Source of the DNA: an uncultured Planctomycetia bacterium
Lineage (GTDB): Bacteria; Omnitrophota; Gorgyraeia; Tantalellales; Tantalellaceae
Reading direction: 5' to 3'
DNA: 64,000 bases
NCBI GenBank assembly: GCA_964421015.1
Contig: CAYQUS010000001.1
Location: 300,726 to 364,725 of the forward strand
Shown here: positions 18,319 to 27,965 of the stretch, one piece after another
Layout: every line of letters begins with the position of its first letter
How positions within the stretch are numbered: position 1 is the first letter of the stretch
Position numbers and translations under genes: made by a program
Notes under the pieces: generated by a model
Databases searched by the model: none
Told to the model about the DNA's origin: nothing
Seen by the model: the letters and a program-made list of their open reading frames with translations, nothing else

Positions 18319-19809
18319 TTATATCTTCTCGAATATTATAACCCCCGGAGCTTCCCTATCCGTCCGGAATCTATGGAACCCCATATCATCAGGTCTATTC
18401 TCCCACTTTATATCCGGGTAATCAAGCACATGTTTCTTATATTTACCGCTCACCTCCCTGAAATATGGGCTGTCAAGAGACTCCTTCCAGTCTTTCCTGA
18501 AAACTATCCATTCCGGCATATGATCGCTGTCATATATCCCGTAATTATCCACTTTCAGGTCGGTATAGAACATGACAGCCATATCACCGTATATTATTTT
18601 TACCTCGTCTCCGGTTTTAGCGTTCTTATTCAAAAATTTCACTATCCCCTCTACCGGACCGTCATAGTCATGCGTGATCTCATAAAGATACTTCGGAAGA
18701 TAACACTCAAAACGCCCCATATTGAACACCCCGGTCAGGATAGAAAGTCCCAAAAAACAACCGAAGAGCGCTCTATTGAACTTAAAAAGCCTGAAAAGTA
18801 TCATTCCTTCAACAATAGCCAGAAGCGGTATAAAATATACCAGGTACCTGAAGTTCCTCTCCTCGGCAAAAAGAAAAGCAGCCATACTGAGAAGAAGCAC
18901 CGGCAGAATAAGCCAAACTGCCCTGGCCTCTTCGGTGGAAAGCTTTATTTTCCAGCGCCTCTTCCATATCAGCCTGAAGGCGTAGGCCCCCAAAAAGAAA
19001 AAGACCGGCATAATGAACTTATTTATCATCCGGATCTGGAACTCAAAATTTTTCCATAATCTTTTAGCGCTTATGGCCGCTACATGAGCCCCGCTATTGG
19101 AGTATAAGAACCATGGAGCTACGCTCCCTGCCGTAAATATGATAAATAAGCCGAAAACGGGAAAAGTTTTCCGCTGAAAAGAAAAAACGAAATAATGCAG
19201 GCAGATCGCGGCGAAAACCGGAAGGAACATACCATGTACCGTGTAACCGAGAGCGGTAAGCGAGATATAAACCCCTAAAATGTCGGACCATTTTCGTTTT
19301 TCCAGATATCGGGAGTAAAAGATAAGTGCAACAATCACCAGAAACACCGCCGGGGCATAGTACCTGGCCTGACGCATTAAAAGAAGATAATTTACCGAAA
19401 AAGCCGTAAGCACAGAGGCCGTCAATGCCGTAAAACTCTCCCGGGTCAAACGAAGCGCCAGTATGTATAAGAGAGGGATGTTTAAAAGCCCCAACAAGGC
19501 AAAAAATACACGCGCCGAAAAATTACTTTCGCCGAAGAGCCGGAAAGCCGCCGCCGTTATGTAGAACTGTCCCCAGGGGTGATATCTCCAGCCGTAATCT
19601 TCCGAGAATGACGTTCTTATGGTGGGATTGACGAGATTCTTACCGTCATAAGCCTTTGGATAGCCATATTCAAGCGTGCGCCTGGCAAGAATGGCAGTCT
19701 CCGCCTCGTCCTGCCAGAGATACTGGTTTCCCAGGTTAGCAAAAAGCAGGATCCCCGCCAGGACAGTAAGGATGGCTATAGAATAGTACTGGTTAAGTTT
19801 CTTTATCAT
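18319..19809 (-). CDS. Polytopic membrane glycosyltransferase. ArnT/PMT_2-like GT-C fold (GT39/GT83-like).
   Basis: 496 aa with more than 10 predicted TM helices. The first periplasmic loop LWQDEAETAILARRTLEYGY resembles the ArnT DE-x-x-YAEI motif. Confidence 0.55.
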   Translation of the reverse strand: MIKKLNQYYSIAILTVLAGILLFANLGNQYLWQDEAETAILARRTLEYGYPKAYDGKNLVNPTIRTSFSEDYGWRYHPWGQFYITAAAFRLFGESNFSARVFFALLGLLNIPLLYILALRLTRESFTALTASVLTAFSVNYLLLMRQARYYAPAVFLVIVALIFYSRYLEKRKWSDILGVYISLTALGYTVHGMFLPVFAAICLHYFVFSFQRKTFPVFGLFIIFTAGSVAPWFLYSNSGAHVAAISAKRLWKNFEFQIRMINKFIMPVFFFLGAYAFRLIWKRRWKIKLSTEEARAVWLILPVLLLSMAAFLFAEERNFRYLVYFIPLLAIVEGMILFRLFKFNRALFGCFLGLSILTGVFNMGRFECYLPKYLYEITHDYDGPVEGIVKFLNKNAKTGDEVKIIYGDMAVMFYTDLKVDNYGIYDSDHMPEWIVFRKDWKESLDSPYFREVSGKYKKHVLDYPDIKWENRPDDMGFHRFRTDREAPGVIIFEKI

Positions 19810-21745
19810 TACCCCCCTCTCCTTGACATAAAAAACCCTTTCTTAGCAAAAATCCGACAAGGTACTCCGCGCAGTCGCAAACCGTGGTCTCTTCTGACCT
19901 TAAAACTATATCCGGTTTTTTGGGGGGTTCATATGGCGCGTTTACTCCGGTGAACTCCGTAACGATCCCCAGTCGAGCCTTCTCATACAGGTTTTTAGGA
20001 TCCCTTTTTTCACAGGTTTCTAAAGATGTATCGATAAAAACCTCTACAAAATTGTCTTCACCCACAACCCTCCTGGCTTGGGCCCGGTCTTCTCGGTAAG
20101 GAGAGATAAAAGCGGCAATGACAATAACACCGGCATCATTCATAAGCCGCGCCACTTCAGCGACACGTCTTATGTTTTCCGTTCTGTCCTGCGGGGAAAA
20201 ACCCAAGTCCCTGTTTAGCCCATGCCGAACATTATCCCCGTCCAGGACATAACACAAGTGGCCCCTGGAAATAAGTTGTTTTTCGGTCTCATACGCAATG
20301 GTGGATTTCCCGGAGCCGCTTAAACCCGTGAACCAGAAAGTAACGGGCCGCTGTTTCAGGATATTCTCCCGGGCTCTTTTCAGATCTTCCCCCTCCTGAG
20401 GATATAGATTGACTCTGTCAGGATTTGCCGTGTTCTCCGGGCGTGCCATCGAAGGAAGCCGGCCTCTTTCTATTATCATCCCAGCGGCCACCGTGGCATG
20501 GGTCGCGGTATCTATAAGTATAAAACTTCCGGTCTGACGATTCCTTGTATATTCGTCACAAAAAACAGACTTGAAACACTGGACAGTTACTCGGCCTATC
20601 TCATTCAGTTTCAGGAAAGAAGCTTCCTGCCTGTTCAATGTCGAAGGATCTATGCTGAACTGGATATTGGTTAGTGAACACTTGATAAGCTGTGTCGTAT
20701 GTTTAAGCCAGTATACCTTCCCCAATTCCAGCGGAGAATTATCCATCCAAACGAGGATGGTCTCGATCTCTCTGCTTATTTTCGGTAAATTTGAAACATG
20801 CACGATCATGTCACCGCGGGCTATATCCAGCTCATCTTCGGTTGTCACGATTACAGATTGCGGAGCAAATGCGTACGGGACTTCTCCCCGGGGACTCACG
20901 ATAGACCGTACGCACGTTTTTTTCTGCGACGGAAGCACCATTATCTCGTCGCCTTTATGTATCACCCCCGAAGCTAACTGCCCGGAATATCCCCTGAAAT
21001 CCATATTGGGCCTTATGACATACTGTACCGGGAATCGAAGATCTATAAGATTCCTGGAACTGTGAATATGTATGTTTTCAAGATAACCTAAAAGCGGGAA
21101 TCCCTTATACCATGGCATACGCTTGCTTTTTTTGACTATATTGTCGCCTTTTAATGCGCTGATCGGTATGTACTCTATATTGGATATTTGAAGTTTCCCG
21201 GAAAAATCTTCAAAGTCCCTGACTATGCGGTTGAACGTCTCCTGCGAATACTTCACCAGGTCCATTTTGTTGACTGCCACAACTATGTTCTTTATGCCTA
21301 AAAGCGAAACAATAAAAGCATGCCTCTTAGATTGGACCAAAAGCCCCTTTCTCGCGTCAACGAGAATAACGGCAAGATCAGACGTAGACGCTCCCGTAGC
21401 CATGTTACGGGTGTATTGTTCATGCCCCGGGGTATCCGCTATGATAAAATGCCTTTTGGGTGTTGAAAAATATCTGTACGCTACATCTATTGTTATTCCC
21501 TGTTCCCTCTCGGATTTAAGACCGTCCATCGCAAGTGACAGATCAAGTTTTGGGCGTTTTAACCTTTTCGAATCTTTCCTGACGTTCGCCAGCTGATCCC
21601 CGTAAAGCCCGTTGGCTTCGAACAGAAGCCGCCCTATCATCGTGGATTTACCGTCATCCACGCTTCCGGCCGTTGATATCCTCAATAGATCAGCTTTCCG
21701 GCTTTGCTTTACCACCTCATGGCTTTCCTCTCGTAAAGTCGTCAT
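19793..21745 (-). CDS. cysNC: Bifunctional sulfate adenylyltransferase subunit 1 / adenylylsulfate kinase (CysN-CysC fusion, NodQ-like).
   Basis: 650 aa. N-terminal GTPase G1 motif GSVDDGKSTMIGRLL and DTPGHEQY are CysN-like. The C-terminal ~180 aa has P-loop GLSGSGKSTIA and DGDNVRHGLNRDLGFS, which is the APS kinase pattern. Confidence 0.9.
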   Translation of the reverse strand: MTTLREESHEVVKQSRKADLLRISTAGSVDDGKSTMIGRLLFEANGLYGDQLANVRKDSKRLKRPKLDLSLAMDGLKSEREQGITIDVAYRYFSTPKRHFIIADTPGHEQYTRNMATGASTSDLAVILVDARKGLLVQSKRHAFIVSLLGIKNIVVAVNKMDLVKYSQETFNRIVRDFEDFSGKLQISNIEYIPISALKGDNIVKKSKRMPWYKGFPLLGYLENIHIHSSRNLIDLRFPVQYVIRPNMDFRGYSGQLASGVIHKGDEIMVLPSQKKTCVRSIVSPRGEVPYAFAPQSVIVTTEDELDIARGDMIVHVSNLPKISREIETILVWMDNSPLELGKVYWLKHTTQLIKCSLTNIQFSIDPSTLNRQEASFLKLNEIGRVTVQCFKSVFCDEYTRNRQTGSFILIDTATHATVAAGMIIERGRLPSMARPENTANPDRVNLYPQEGEDLKRARENILKQRPVTFWFTGLSGSGKSTIAYETEKQLISRGHLCYVLDGDNVRHGLNRDLGFSPQDRTENIRRVAEVARLMNDAGVIVIAAFISPYREDRAQARRVVGEDNFVEVFIDTSLETCEKRDPKNLYEKARLGIVTEFTGVNAPYEPPKKPDIVLRSEETTVCDCAEYLVGFLLRKGFLCQGEGGNDKET

Positions 21746-22651
21746 TTAAAAATACCCTTCTTTCTTCTTCTGTTCCATTGATGAGTCCCGGTCATGGTCT
21801 ATAAGGCGGGTTATTCTCTCTGAATCTGTAGCGGTCATTATCTCCTTTATGATTTCCGGGACAGTAGACGCCTTTGACAGTATCGCTCCCGTGCATGGGT
21901 AACAACCAAGTGTCCGGAACCGGCAAACGACCTTTTTGGGTCTTTCTCCTTTCTTCAGAGGAACCGGGCCGTCTAAAGGTATCAGCCGCCCTTCCCTCAC
22001 TATCATCTCCCTTTTCTTAGCAAAATACATCGGCACTACGGGTATCTTTTCCGCATATATGTATTCCCAAACGTCAAGTTCTGTCCAGTTGGAAAGCGGG
22101 AAAACCCTTATGCTCTGTCCTTTGTCAAGCATGGTATTGTACACATTCCACAACTCAGGGCGCTGGTTTTTAGGATCCCACTGTCCGAATTCATCGCGGA
22201 AAGAAAAGACCCTTTCCTTAGCCCTGGATTTTTCTTCCTCACGCCTTGCCCCTCCGAATGCCGCGTCATGCTTACCTTCTTTCAGCGCGGCCAGTAGGGC
22301 TTGTGTCTTCAGGATCTCACAGCACTTTACGGTGCCTAATTCCCAGGGGTTCACTTGCCCCCCGGAAATTTGGGGAGGCAAATAAACTTTAAGCTCAACA
22401 CCCGACTTTTTTACAAATTTATCACGGAAACGGTACATTTCCTTAAACTTCATGGAGGTATCAACATGCAGGAGCGGGAAAGGTATTTTACCGGGGTAAA
22501 AAGCCTTCTGAGCTAGACGTACCATTACAGAGGAATCCTTACCGACAGAATAAAGCATAACGGGCCGCTCGAAGGATGCCGCCACTTCTCGAATTATCTG
22601 TATGCTTTCCGCTTCAAGTAACTCTAGATTATTGATCCTGTACTTTTGCAT
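21746..22651 (-). CDS. cysD: Sulfate adenylyltransferase subunit 2 (CysD, NodP-like).
   Basis: 301 aa. PP-loop SVGKDSSV plus PAPS_reduct-family conservation. It is immediately upstream of cysNC with zero gap. Confidence 0.9.
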   Translation of the reverse strand: MQKYRINNLELLEAESIQIIREVAASFERPVMLYSVGKDSSVMVRLAQKAFYPGKIPFPLLHVDTSMKFKEMYRFRDKFVKKSGVELKVYLPPQISGGQVNPWELGTVKCCEILKTQALLAALKEGKHDAAFGGARREEEKSRAKERVFSFRDEFGQWDPKNQRPELWNVYNTMLDKGQSIRVFPLSNWTELDVWEYIYAEKIPVVPMYFAKKREMIVREGRLIPLDGPVPLKKGERPKKVVCRFRTLGCYPCTGAILSKASTVPEIIKEIMTATDSERITRLIDHDRDSSMEQKKKEGYF

Positions 22652-22710
22652 AATTGTTCTCTTATCGGCTATCGGGTCTCCTCAGATTTCCGCTCGCCTT
22701 CCCGCTTAGT

Positions 22711-23802
22711 TTAAAGAAAGCCTATCTCCCTGATAATATCTTCCGCCTCGAATCTATCGAGGTTTTCTCCCTCCCCGGGGTAAATCACCCTGACATTCTC
22801 ACCTCTCGGTGCCCACCGGGCGGGATCATTGACACCGCTGAAAAGTATTATCGTCTGCACTCCTGAAACAGCCGCAATGTGCGCCGGAGCGGAATCAAGC
22901 CCGATGAAGATCTCCGCATTTTTCATAAGAGGCCCCAGAACGTTAAGATTTACTTTACCTGATAGATCGATCACTTTTTGCGGAGTTTTTCGCGCGACTC
23001 CTTTAATGTAAACACTGTCTTCTTTACTCCCGACTATCACAGGTAAAAGCTTCTTTTGCGTTTGAAGATAGTCAATGACCCCGGCGAACCCTTCAGGGGT
23101 CCAGTTCTTTTCCTTCCTTCCGGAAACCATATGAAGCACTGCGTACGGCCTGTCGATACCCTCTTTTTTTCTTATATTTTCGGCTTCCAGATCGCTTTCC
23201 TTTGATGAAACAAGCCTAACCTGGGCCTCCTCGCACCTTATACCCAAAGGCCCAAGGAGCGCCGCGTTTTTGTCGATTTCGTGGGCATTTTCATCATACG
23301 GCACTTCGTGCGTCAGTAAAAAACCCAGGCCTGTTATACCATAACTTATTCTGTATTTAACTCCCGCCAGAAATGAGGCGAGTATATGCCTTGCGTCCCC
23401 CCTGAGATCTACTACCGCGTCATATTCTCCCCTCTTAATAATGCGGACCATATCTAAAAAACCACGTATCCCATACCATAGTCCGCGTCTTTCACGCCTG
23501 AACCACGGCGCGTCAAAAACCTTTAAACCGCTGATAGATGCTTCGTCTGACAATAAGCACTGTGCCCACGAAGGAACCATAAGATCTATCCTTGCTTGGG
23601 GAAAGGCCTTCCTAAGCGGAGCCAGCACGGACGTCGCCATGACCACATCCCCAATATGATCTATCCTTATCACAAGTAAACTTTCGGGGGGATGTATCAT
23701 CTTTGCAGGTACACTTTTTAATATCCGCCTGACGATTTCCCCGGCGGAATCCAACATAGCGAATAGAACCGTATACAGCCCCTTCTTGTAAACATACTTC
23801 AT
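22711..23802 (-). CDS. GT9-family glycosyltransferase (heptosyltransferase-like, RfaF/WaaC/WaaQ family).
   Basis: 363 aa. LVIRIDHIGDVVMATSVLAPLRKAFPQARIDLMV at the N-terminus and GLDSAPAHIAAVSGVQTIILFSG in the C-terminal domain are the GT9 signature. Confidence 0.8.
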   Translation of the reverse strand: MKYVYKKGLYTVLFAMLDSAGEIVRRILKSVPAKMIHPPESLLVIRIDHIGDVVMATSVLAPLRKAFPQARIDLMVPSWAQCLLSDEASISGLKVFDAPWFRRERRGLWYGIRGFLDMVRIIKRGEYDAVVDLRGDARHILASFLAGVKYRISYGITGLGFLLTHEVPYDENAHEIDKNAALLGPLGIRCEEAQVRLVSSKESDLEAENIRKKEGIDRPYAVLHMVSGRKEKNWTPEGFAGVIDYLQTQKKLLPVIVGSKEDSVYIKGVARKTPQKVIDLSGKVNLNVLGPLMKNAEIFIGLDSAPAHIAAVSGVQTIILFSGVNDPARWAPRGENVRVIYPGEGENLDRFEAEDIIREIGFL

Positions 23803-23848
23803 TCTATGTCCCGCCTGTCCGTCATATACTCGAATTGCTTTTCCAAGG

Positions 23849-25276
23849 ATGTTGTGTTATAGTTTTGCTATTGTGAACCTATTCCGGTCAAAAAACAACC
23901 TGAATTTGCCTAGTAGCGCTCTCTTTCTGTCTGGCTTTCTGCTTTTATGGATAGCTTTGCCGCTTTTCTCCTGGTTACGGCCTCTTTTCGGGGACTATAA
24001 CTATCCACCACTCAACCCAGGCTTCCGGTACATTATCCTGGCTTATATATCCTTGCTATACATCCTGTACCTGTGCGCGTCGGAAAGTTTCAAAGAAAAA
24101 TTTAGCGTTCCCAGACCCTTTATATTTTGTATCCTGCTCGTTCTTACGTACTGTTCTTTCGCCCCACCGGTATTCTCGATAGACCTTTACGAATATGTAA
24201 TAAGAGGACGTATGTCCGCTATCTACGGGCTTAACCCCTTTGTACATACGCCGCAAAGCGCCTCGCAGGACCCCCTATACAACGTGATATTCTGGAAATC
24301 CACAGTCACTACCTACGGACCGCTTTGGAACATCATAGCCGACCTTCTTGTCAGGCTTTCGGGGACGGGTGTAAAGGCAAATATCGTCTCCTTCAAGTCA
24401 TTGCTCTTTCTCTTTCACCTCGCGTCCGGCTATTTCGTTTACCTCCTCGCGGACAGTGAAAACAAGCGCGGAAGCTTCCGCATAACTTTTCTTTTTCTGC
24501 TTAACCCCTACATAGTGGTGATGAATCTCATGGAAAACCACAACGATATCGTCATGGTGGCTTTCTTTATTCTTTCTCTATACCTGCTCAAGAAGGAAAA
24601 ATACCTTCTATCTACAATGCTGCTGACTCTTTCCGCGGGAACTAAATACCTTACCGCGATTTTCTTTCCCCTCTTCATCATATATGCCGTAAAAAAAACC
24701 GATCCTGTCGGCAAAAAAGTTTCTTTTCTCGTCAAGGCAGCGGCCGCAAACTCTGTCCTTGCCGCCCTGATGTGGTCTCCTTTCGGGATGGGACCTTCTT
24801 CTGTCATGAATGCCATACAGGACATTAAAACCCGCCTTGACACTAACAGTATCCCCTACCTTACATACAGCATTTTTACCCGTCTCTTTTCAGAGCTTTC
24901 CGTAACAGACTTCAGAAAAATATCCGACATCGTCTTTTTAGTTCTGATTTTTTCCTCATACGCAATGTTTATATTTTCCAGGAATAATTCCATAAAAACT
25001 CTCGTAAATATGTGCGTAGTAATACTTATCGGGTATTTTTCTCTGGTATCTTTTCAGTTCGGAAGCTGGTACATCCTCTGGCTATCGCCTCTCATTATTT
25101 TTTCAGGCCTGCCGAAAAAGAACATGTTTTTCGTGCTTCTCACTTTCGCCGCGCTTATCTCGTTCTGGAAACGAATATCGTTTCTCCTTATAGCTGTGTC
25201 CCTGATCTACGCCATAAGTTTTCTTTTGGACACCCGTAAACACTTAAAAGAAAAGTCCGGGTTTTTATCCCGATAA
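23849..25276 (+). CDS. Polytopic integral membrane protein. Possible GT-C-type polyprenyl-phosphate-sugar-dependent glycosyltransferase or polymerase. The only convincing plus-strand gene.
   Basis: 475 aa with about 12 hydrophobic helices. It is convergent with the DPM1-like GT2 at 25283-25975. No catalytic motif was recognised by eye. Confidence 0.45.
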   Translation: MLCYSFAIVNLFRSKNNLNLPSSALFLSGFLLLWIALPLFSWLRPLFGDYNYPPLNPGFRYIILAYISLLYILYLCASESFKEKFSVPRPFIFCILLVLTYCSFAPPVFSIDLYEYVIRGRMSAIYGLNPFVHTPQSASQDPLYNVIFWKSTVTTYGPLWNIIADLLVRLSGTGVKANIVSFKSLLFLFHLASGYFVYLLADSENKRGSFRITFLFLLNPYIVVMNLMENHNDIVMVAFFILSLYLLKKEKYLLSTMLLTLSAGTKYLTAIFFPLFIIYAVKKTDPVGKKVSFLVKAAAANSVLAALMWSPFGMGPSSVMNAIQDIKTRLDTNSIPYLTYSIFTRLFSELSVTDFRKISDIVFLVLIFSSYAMFIFSRNNSIKTLVNMCVVILIGYFSLVSFQFGSWYILWLSPLIIFSGLPKKNMFFVLLTFAALISFWKRISFLLIAVSLIYAISFLLDTRKHLKEKSGFLSR

Positions 25277-25282
25277 TCCCGT

Positions 25283-25975
25283 TCATTTAAATTTTCCCAG
25301 TTTTATCATGAGAAGAGTATTAACGGCTTCAAGACCGTCTTTCCACCCTATTTTCTTGCCTTCATCGTAACTTCTCCCCCTGTAGGACACAGGAACTTCA
25401 ACTATCTTCGCCTTTCTCATCAAAAGCTTGGCCGTCACCTCAGGTTCGAATTCGAAACGGCTGGCTTTTATATCCAGCGATCTCATAACTTCGGTACGAA
25501 CCATTTTATAGCAGGTTTCCATGTCCGTAAGGCTGCCCCCGAAAAGCACGTTCGTGAGTGAAGTAAGAAATCGGTTTATCATATAGTGAGGAAAAGAAGT
25601 GCTCTTCCAGGTCTTAAGGAACCTGGAGCCGTATACGGCCTCCGGAGCGGATTCTCCGGCCACGGCAGCCATACCCACCATATCGCTCGGGGAATATTCA
25701 AGGTCAGCGTCCTGCACAATAACATAGTCGCCCTTTGCGTTTGAAAGAGCTGTTCGTATCGCGGATCCTTTCCCCTGGTTCCTGTCGTGATAAAAAACCT
25801 TTACTTCACCCTTTCCCGTGCCAAAGGTACGCTCCAGAAGCTCTCTTGTTCCGTCGCTGGAACAGTCGTCCACAAGAATTATCTCTTTATCGAGATCGAC
25901 GTTCCTTACAAGCTCAAGAAGGTCGAGAATGGTCTTGTTTTCGTTGTAAACCGGTATGAGTATACTGAGCTTCAT
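25283..25975 (-). CDS. GT2 polyprenyl-phosphate glycosyltransferase (DPM1/ArnC/GtrB/CsbB-like).
   Basis: 230 aa. MKLSILIPVYNENKTI...EIILVDDCSSDGT...YVIVQDADLEYSP is the GT2 layout. The short soluble form is typical of polyprenyl-P-sugar synthases. Confidence 0.7.
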   Translation of the reverse strand: MKLSILIPVYNENKTILDLLELVRNVDLDKEIILVDDCSSDGTRELLERTFGTGKGEVKVFYHDRNQGKGSAIRTALSNAKGDYVIVQDADLEYSPSDMVGMAAVAGESAPEAVYGSRFLKTWKSTSFPHYMINRFLTSLTNVLFGGSLTDMETCYKMVRTEVMRSLDIKASRFEFEPEVTAKLLMRKAKIVEVPVSYRGRSYDEGKKIGWKDGLEAVNTLLMIKLGKFK

Positions 25976-26781
25976 TTATCTCCTCCATAATTTTTTCTGC
26001 ATATAAAAACAACCCCCGGCGCGGAAAGCCACGGCATAAGTTTTTTGCACCATTTTGTCGCCGCGACACATAGTCTGCTGGGGCCGTCATAAGTGCTTTT
26101 GTCCCTAAAAATCCCTGAAAAGACCATAAGAGCATGTTCCTGATCCACAGGAATTATTTTTTCCACGGAGAAACCGGATCTCTCAAGGACGGATCTAAGC
26201 TCCCCGACAGAGAACCTCTGCTCCCAATAATGTTCTTCGGGAGGAGTTTTTCCTAAAATCTTTCGGACAAACCTGTTATTTTTTATCACAGTAACAGGCA
26301 AGGACACCATTTCAAATATCGTGGTCCTGGGAACCTTGACTATAAAAACCCCTCCGGGTTCGAGTACCCTGAACGCTTCCAGAACAGCCTTCTGGGGACC
26401 TTCCGTAAAATGCTCTATGACACCCAGGGAAAGATATCCTCCGAAATGACCGTCAGGAAAAGGCAGTTTTTCCACATTTCCGCATCTAAGGTCTATTCCA
26501 GGTTCGAACTCTCTGGCTTTTCTTAGAGGCTCCTCATTATAATCAACACCTATTACGTCATACCCCATGCGCCTCAGGTATATCACATACGGCGCAAGAC
26601 CGCATCCGCCCTCCAGTATTCTTTTTCCACGTGGCAGGAATGATAGGAATATCCCGATATTTTCTTTTACCCTGGGGTATTCGAAGATCTCCATTATCCG
26701 CGCAAGGCCCACCCCCTGCCAGTTCTCTTCCCATGCTTTTTTTGTGCTCAGATCTATGCGCTCGTCTTTTTGGGATCTCAT
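25972..26781 (-). CDS. Class I SAM-dependent methyltransferase.
   Basis: 269 aa. KRILEGGCGLAPYVIYLRRMGYDVIGVDYN...LEPGGVFIVKVP. Confidence 0.6.
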   Translation of the reverse strand: MRSQKDERIDLSTKKAWEENWQGVGLARIMEIFEYPRVKENIGIFLSFLPRGKRILEGGCGLAPYVIYLRRMGYDVIGVDYNEEPLRKAREFEPGIDLRCGNVEKLPFPDGHFGGYLSLGVIEHFTEGPQKAVLEAFRVLEPGGVFIVKVPRTTIFEMVSLPVTVIKNNRFVRKILGKTPPEEHYWEQRFSVGELRSVLERSGFSVEKIIPVDQEHALMVFSGIFRDKSTYDGPSRLCVAATKWCKKLMPWLSAPGVVFICRKNYGGDK

Positions 26782-26783
26782 TT

Positions 26784-27938
26784 CTACCTTTTGGTTTTGA
26801 TCTCCGCTCTTCCCGACCGTTTAGCGGAATTTTTTAATATCTCCGCTATTCTTTTCGAGGCTTTACCATCGCCGTAGGGATTCCTGGCTTTGGACATTTT
26901 CATGTAAAGTTCCTTATTCTCGATCAGTTTTATGACCCCCTTCACAATATCCTCTGTCCCTGTGCCCAAAAGCATCGCGCACCCTGCCCGAACCCCCTCC
27001 GGCCTTTCGGTCACCTGCCTCATTACAAGAACCGGTTTATTCAACGCCGGAGCTTCTTCCTGGATCCCCCCGGAATCAGTCAATATCAGGTAGGACATTT
27101 TCATGAGCCTGACGAACGGCTCATACTCCATCGGCTCTGTAAGATTGACCCGCGGTACTTTCCTTAATATGCGGGATACCTGCGAGCGCACATTGGGATT
27201 AAGATGGACCGGGTAGATTATCTCGACGTCGGGCCTCATCTCAGCGATCTTCTTTATAGCCTTAAACATGTTCTCCATGTCCCGCCCGAAACTCTCTCTT
27301 CTGTGAGCCGTAACCAGTATTATTTTTTTTCCGGCATCCGGATCGAGCGGAAATTTTCCGTCTATTTTCTGATTTTCGCCTTTAATTTTTCTGCCTGTTA
27401 TCCCCAACAAGGCGTCTACAACGGTGTTTCCGGTAATGAAAATGGAATTTTTATCTATGTTTTCCTTCCTGAGGTTTTCCGCGGCAGCGGGAGTGGGGGC
27501 GAAATGGAAATCCGCCAGGTGGCTTAAAAGCCTTCTCTGCACTTCTTCGGGATAAGGTTTGAACTTATCGTAGCTTCTTAGTCCGGCCTCCACATGGGCC
27601 ACTTTTATTTTTCGAAGGAACGCCGAAAGGGCCGCTGCGAAAGCCGTGGTCGTATCCCCCTGGACCACCACAATGTCCGGTTTGACCTTGTCAAAAACTT
27701 TCCCAAGCCCCTTGATAACCCCGCTTATGATCTCTTCGACCGACTGGTCATGTTTCATCACATCGAGATCATGATCGGGAATTATCCCGAAAAGTTCCAG
27801 AACCTGATCAAGCATACGGCGATGCTGTCCCGTGACGCAGACAAAACATTCTATCCCTCTGGTTTTTTCCAGCTCTCTTACCACAGGAGCGAGTTTTATA
27901 GCTTCGGGCCTTGTCCCGAAAACAGCAAGAACTCTCAT
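26784..27938 (-). CDS. wecB: UDP-N-acetylglucosamine 2-epimerase (non-hydrolysing, WecB/MnaA family).
   Basis: 384 aa. MRVLAVFGTRPEAIKLAPV...VVVQGDTTTAFAAALSAF...HVEAGLRSYD...VHLNPNV...LTDSGGIQEEAPALNKPVLVMR. All Epimerase_2 hallmarks are present. Confidence 0.9.
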   Translation of the reverse strand: MRVLAVFGTRPEAIKLAPVVRELEKTRGIECFVCVTGQHRRMLDQVLELFGIIPDHDLDVMKHDQSVEEIISGVIKGLGKVFDKVKPDIVVVQGDTTTAFAAALSAFLRKIKVAHVEAGLRSYDKFKPYPEEVQRRLLSHLADFHFAPTPAAAENLRKENIDKNSIFITGNTVVDALLGITGRKIKGENQKIDGKFPLDPDAGKKIILVTAHRRESFGRDMENMFKAIKKIAEMRPDVEIIYPVHLNPNVRSQVSRILRKVPRVNLTEPMEYEPFVRLMKMSYLILTDSGGIQEEAPALNKPVLVMRQVTERPEGVRAGCAMLLGTGTEDIVKGVIKLIENKELYMKMSKARNPYGDGKASKRIAEILKNSAKRSGRAEIKTKR

Positions 27939-27965
27939 GGTTTTCCCTCTTCTTCCTTCTTATTT

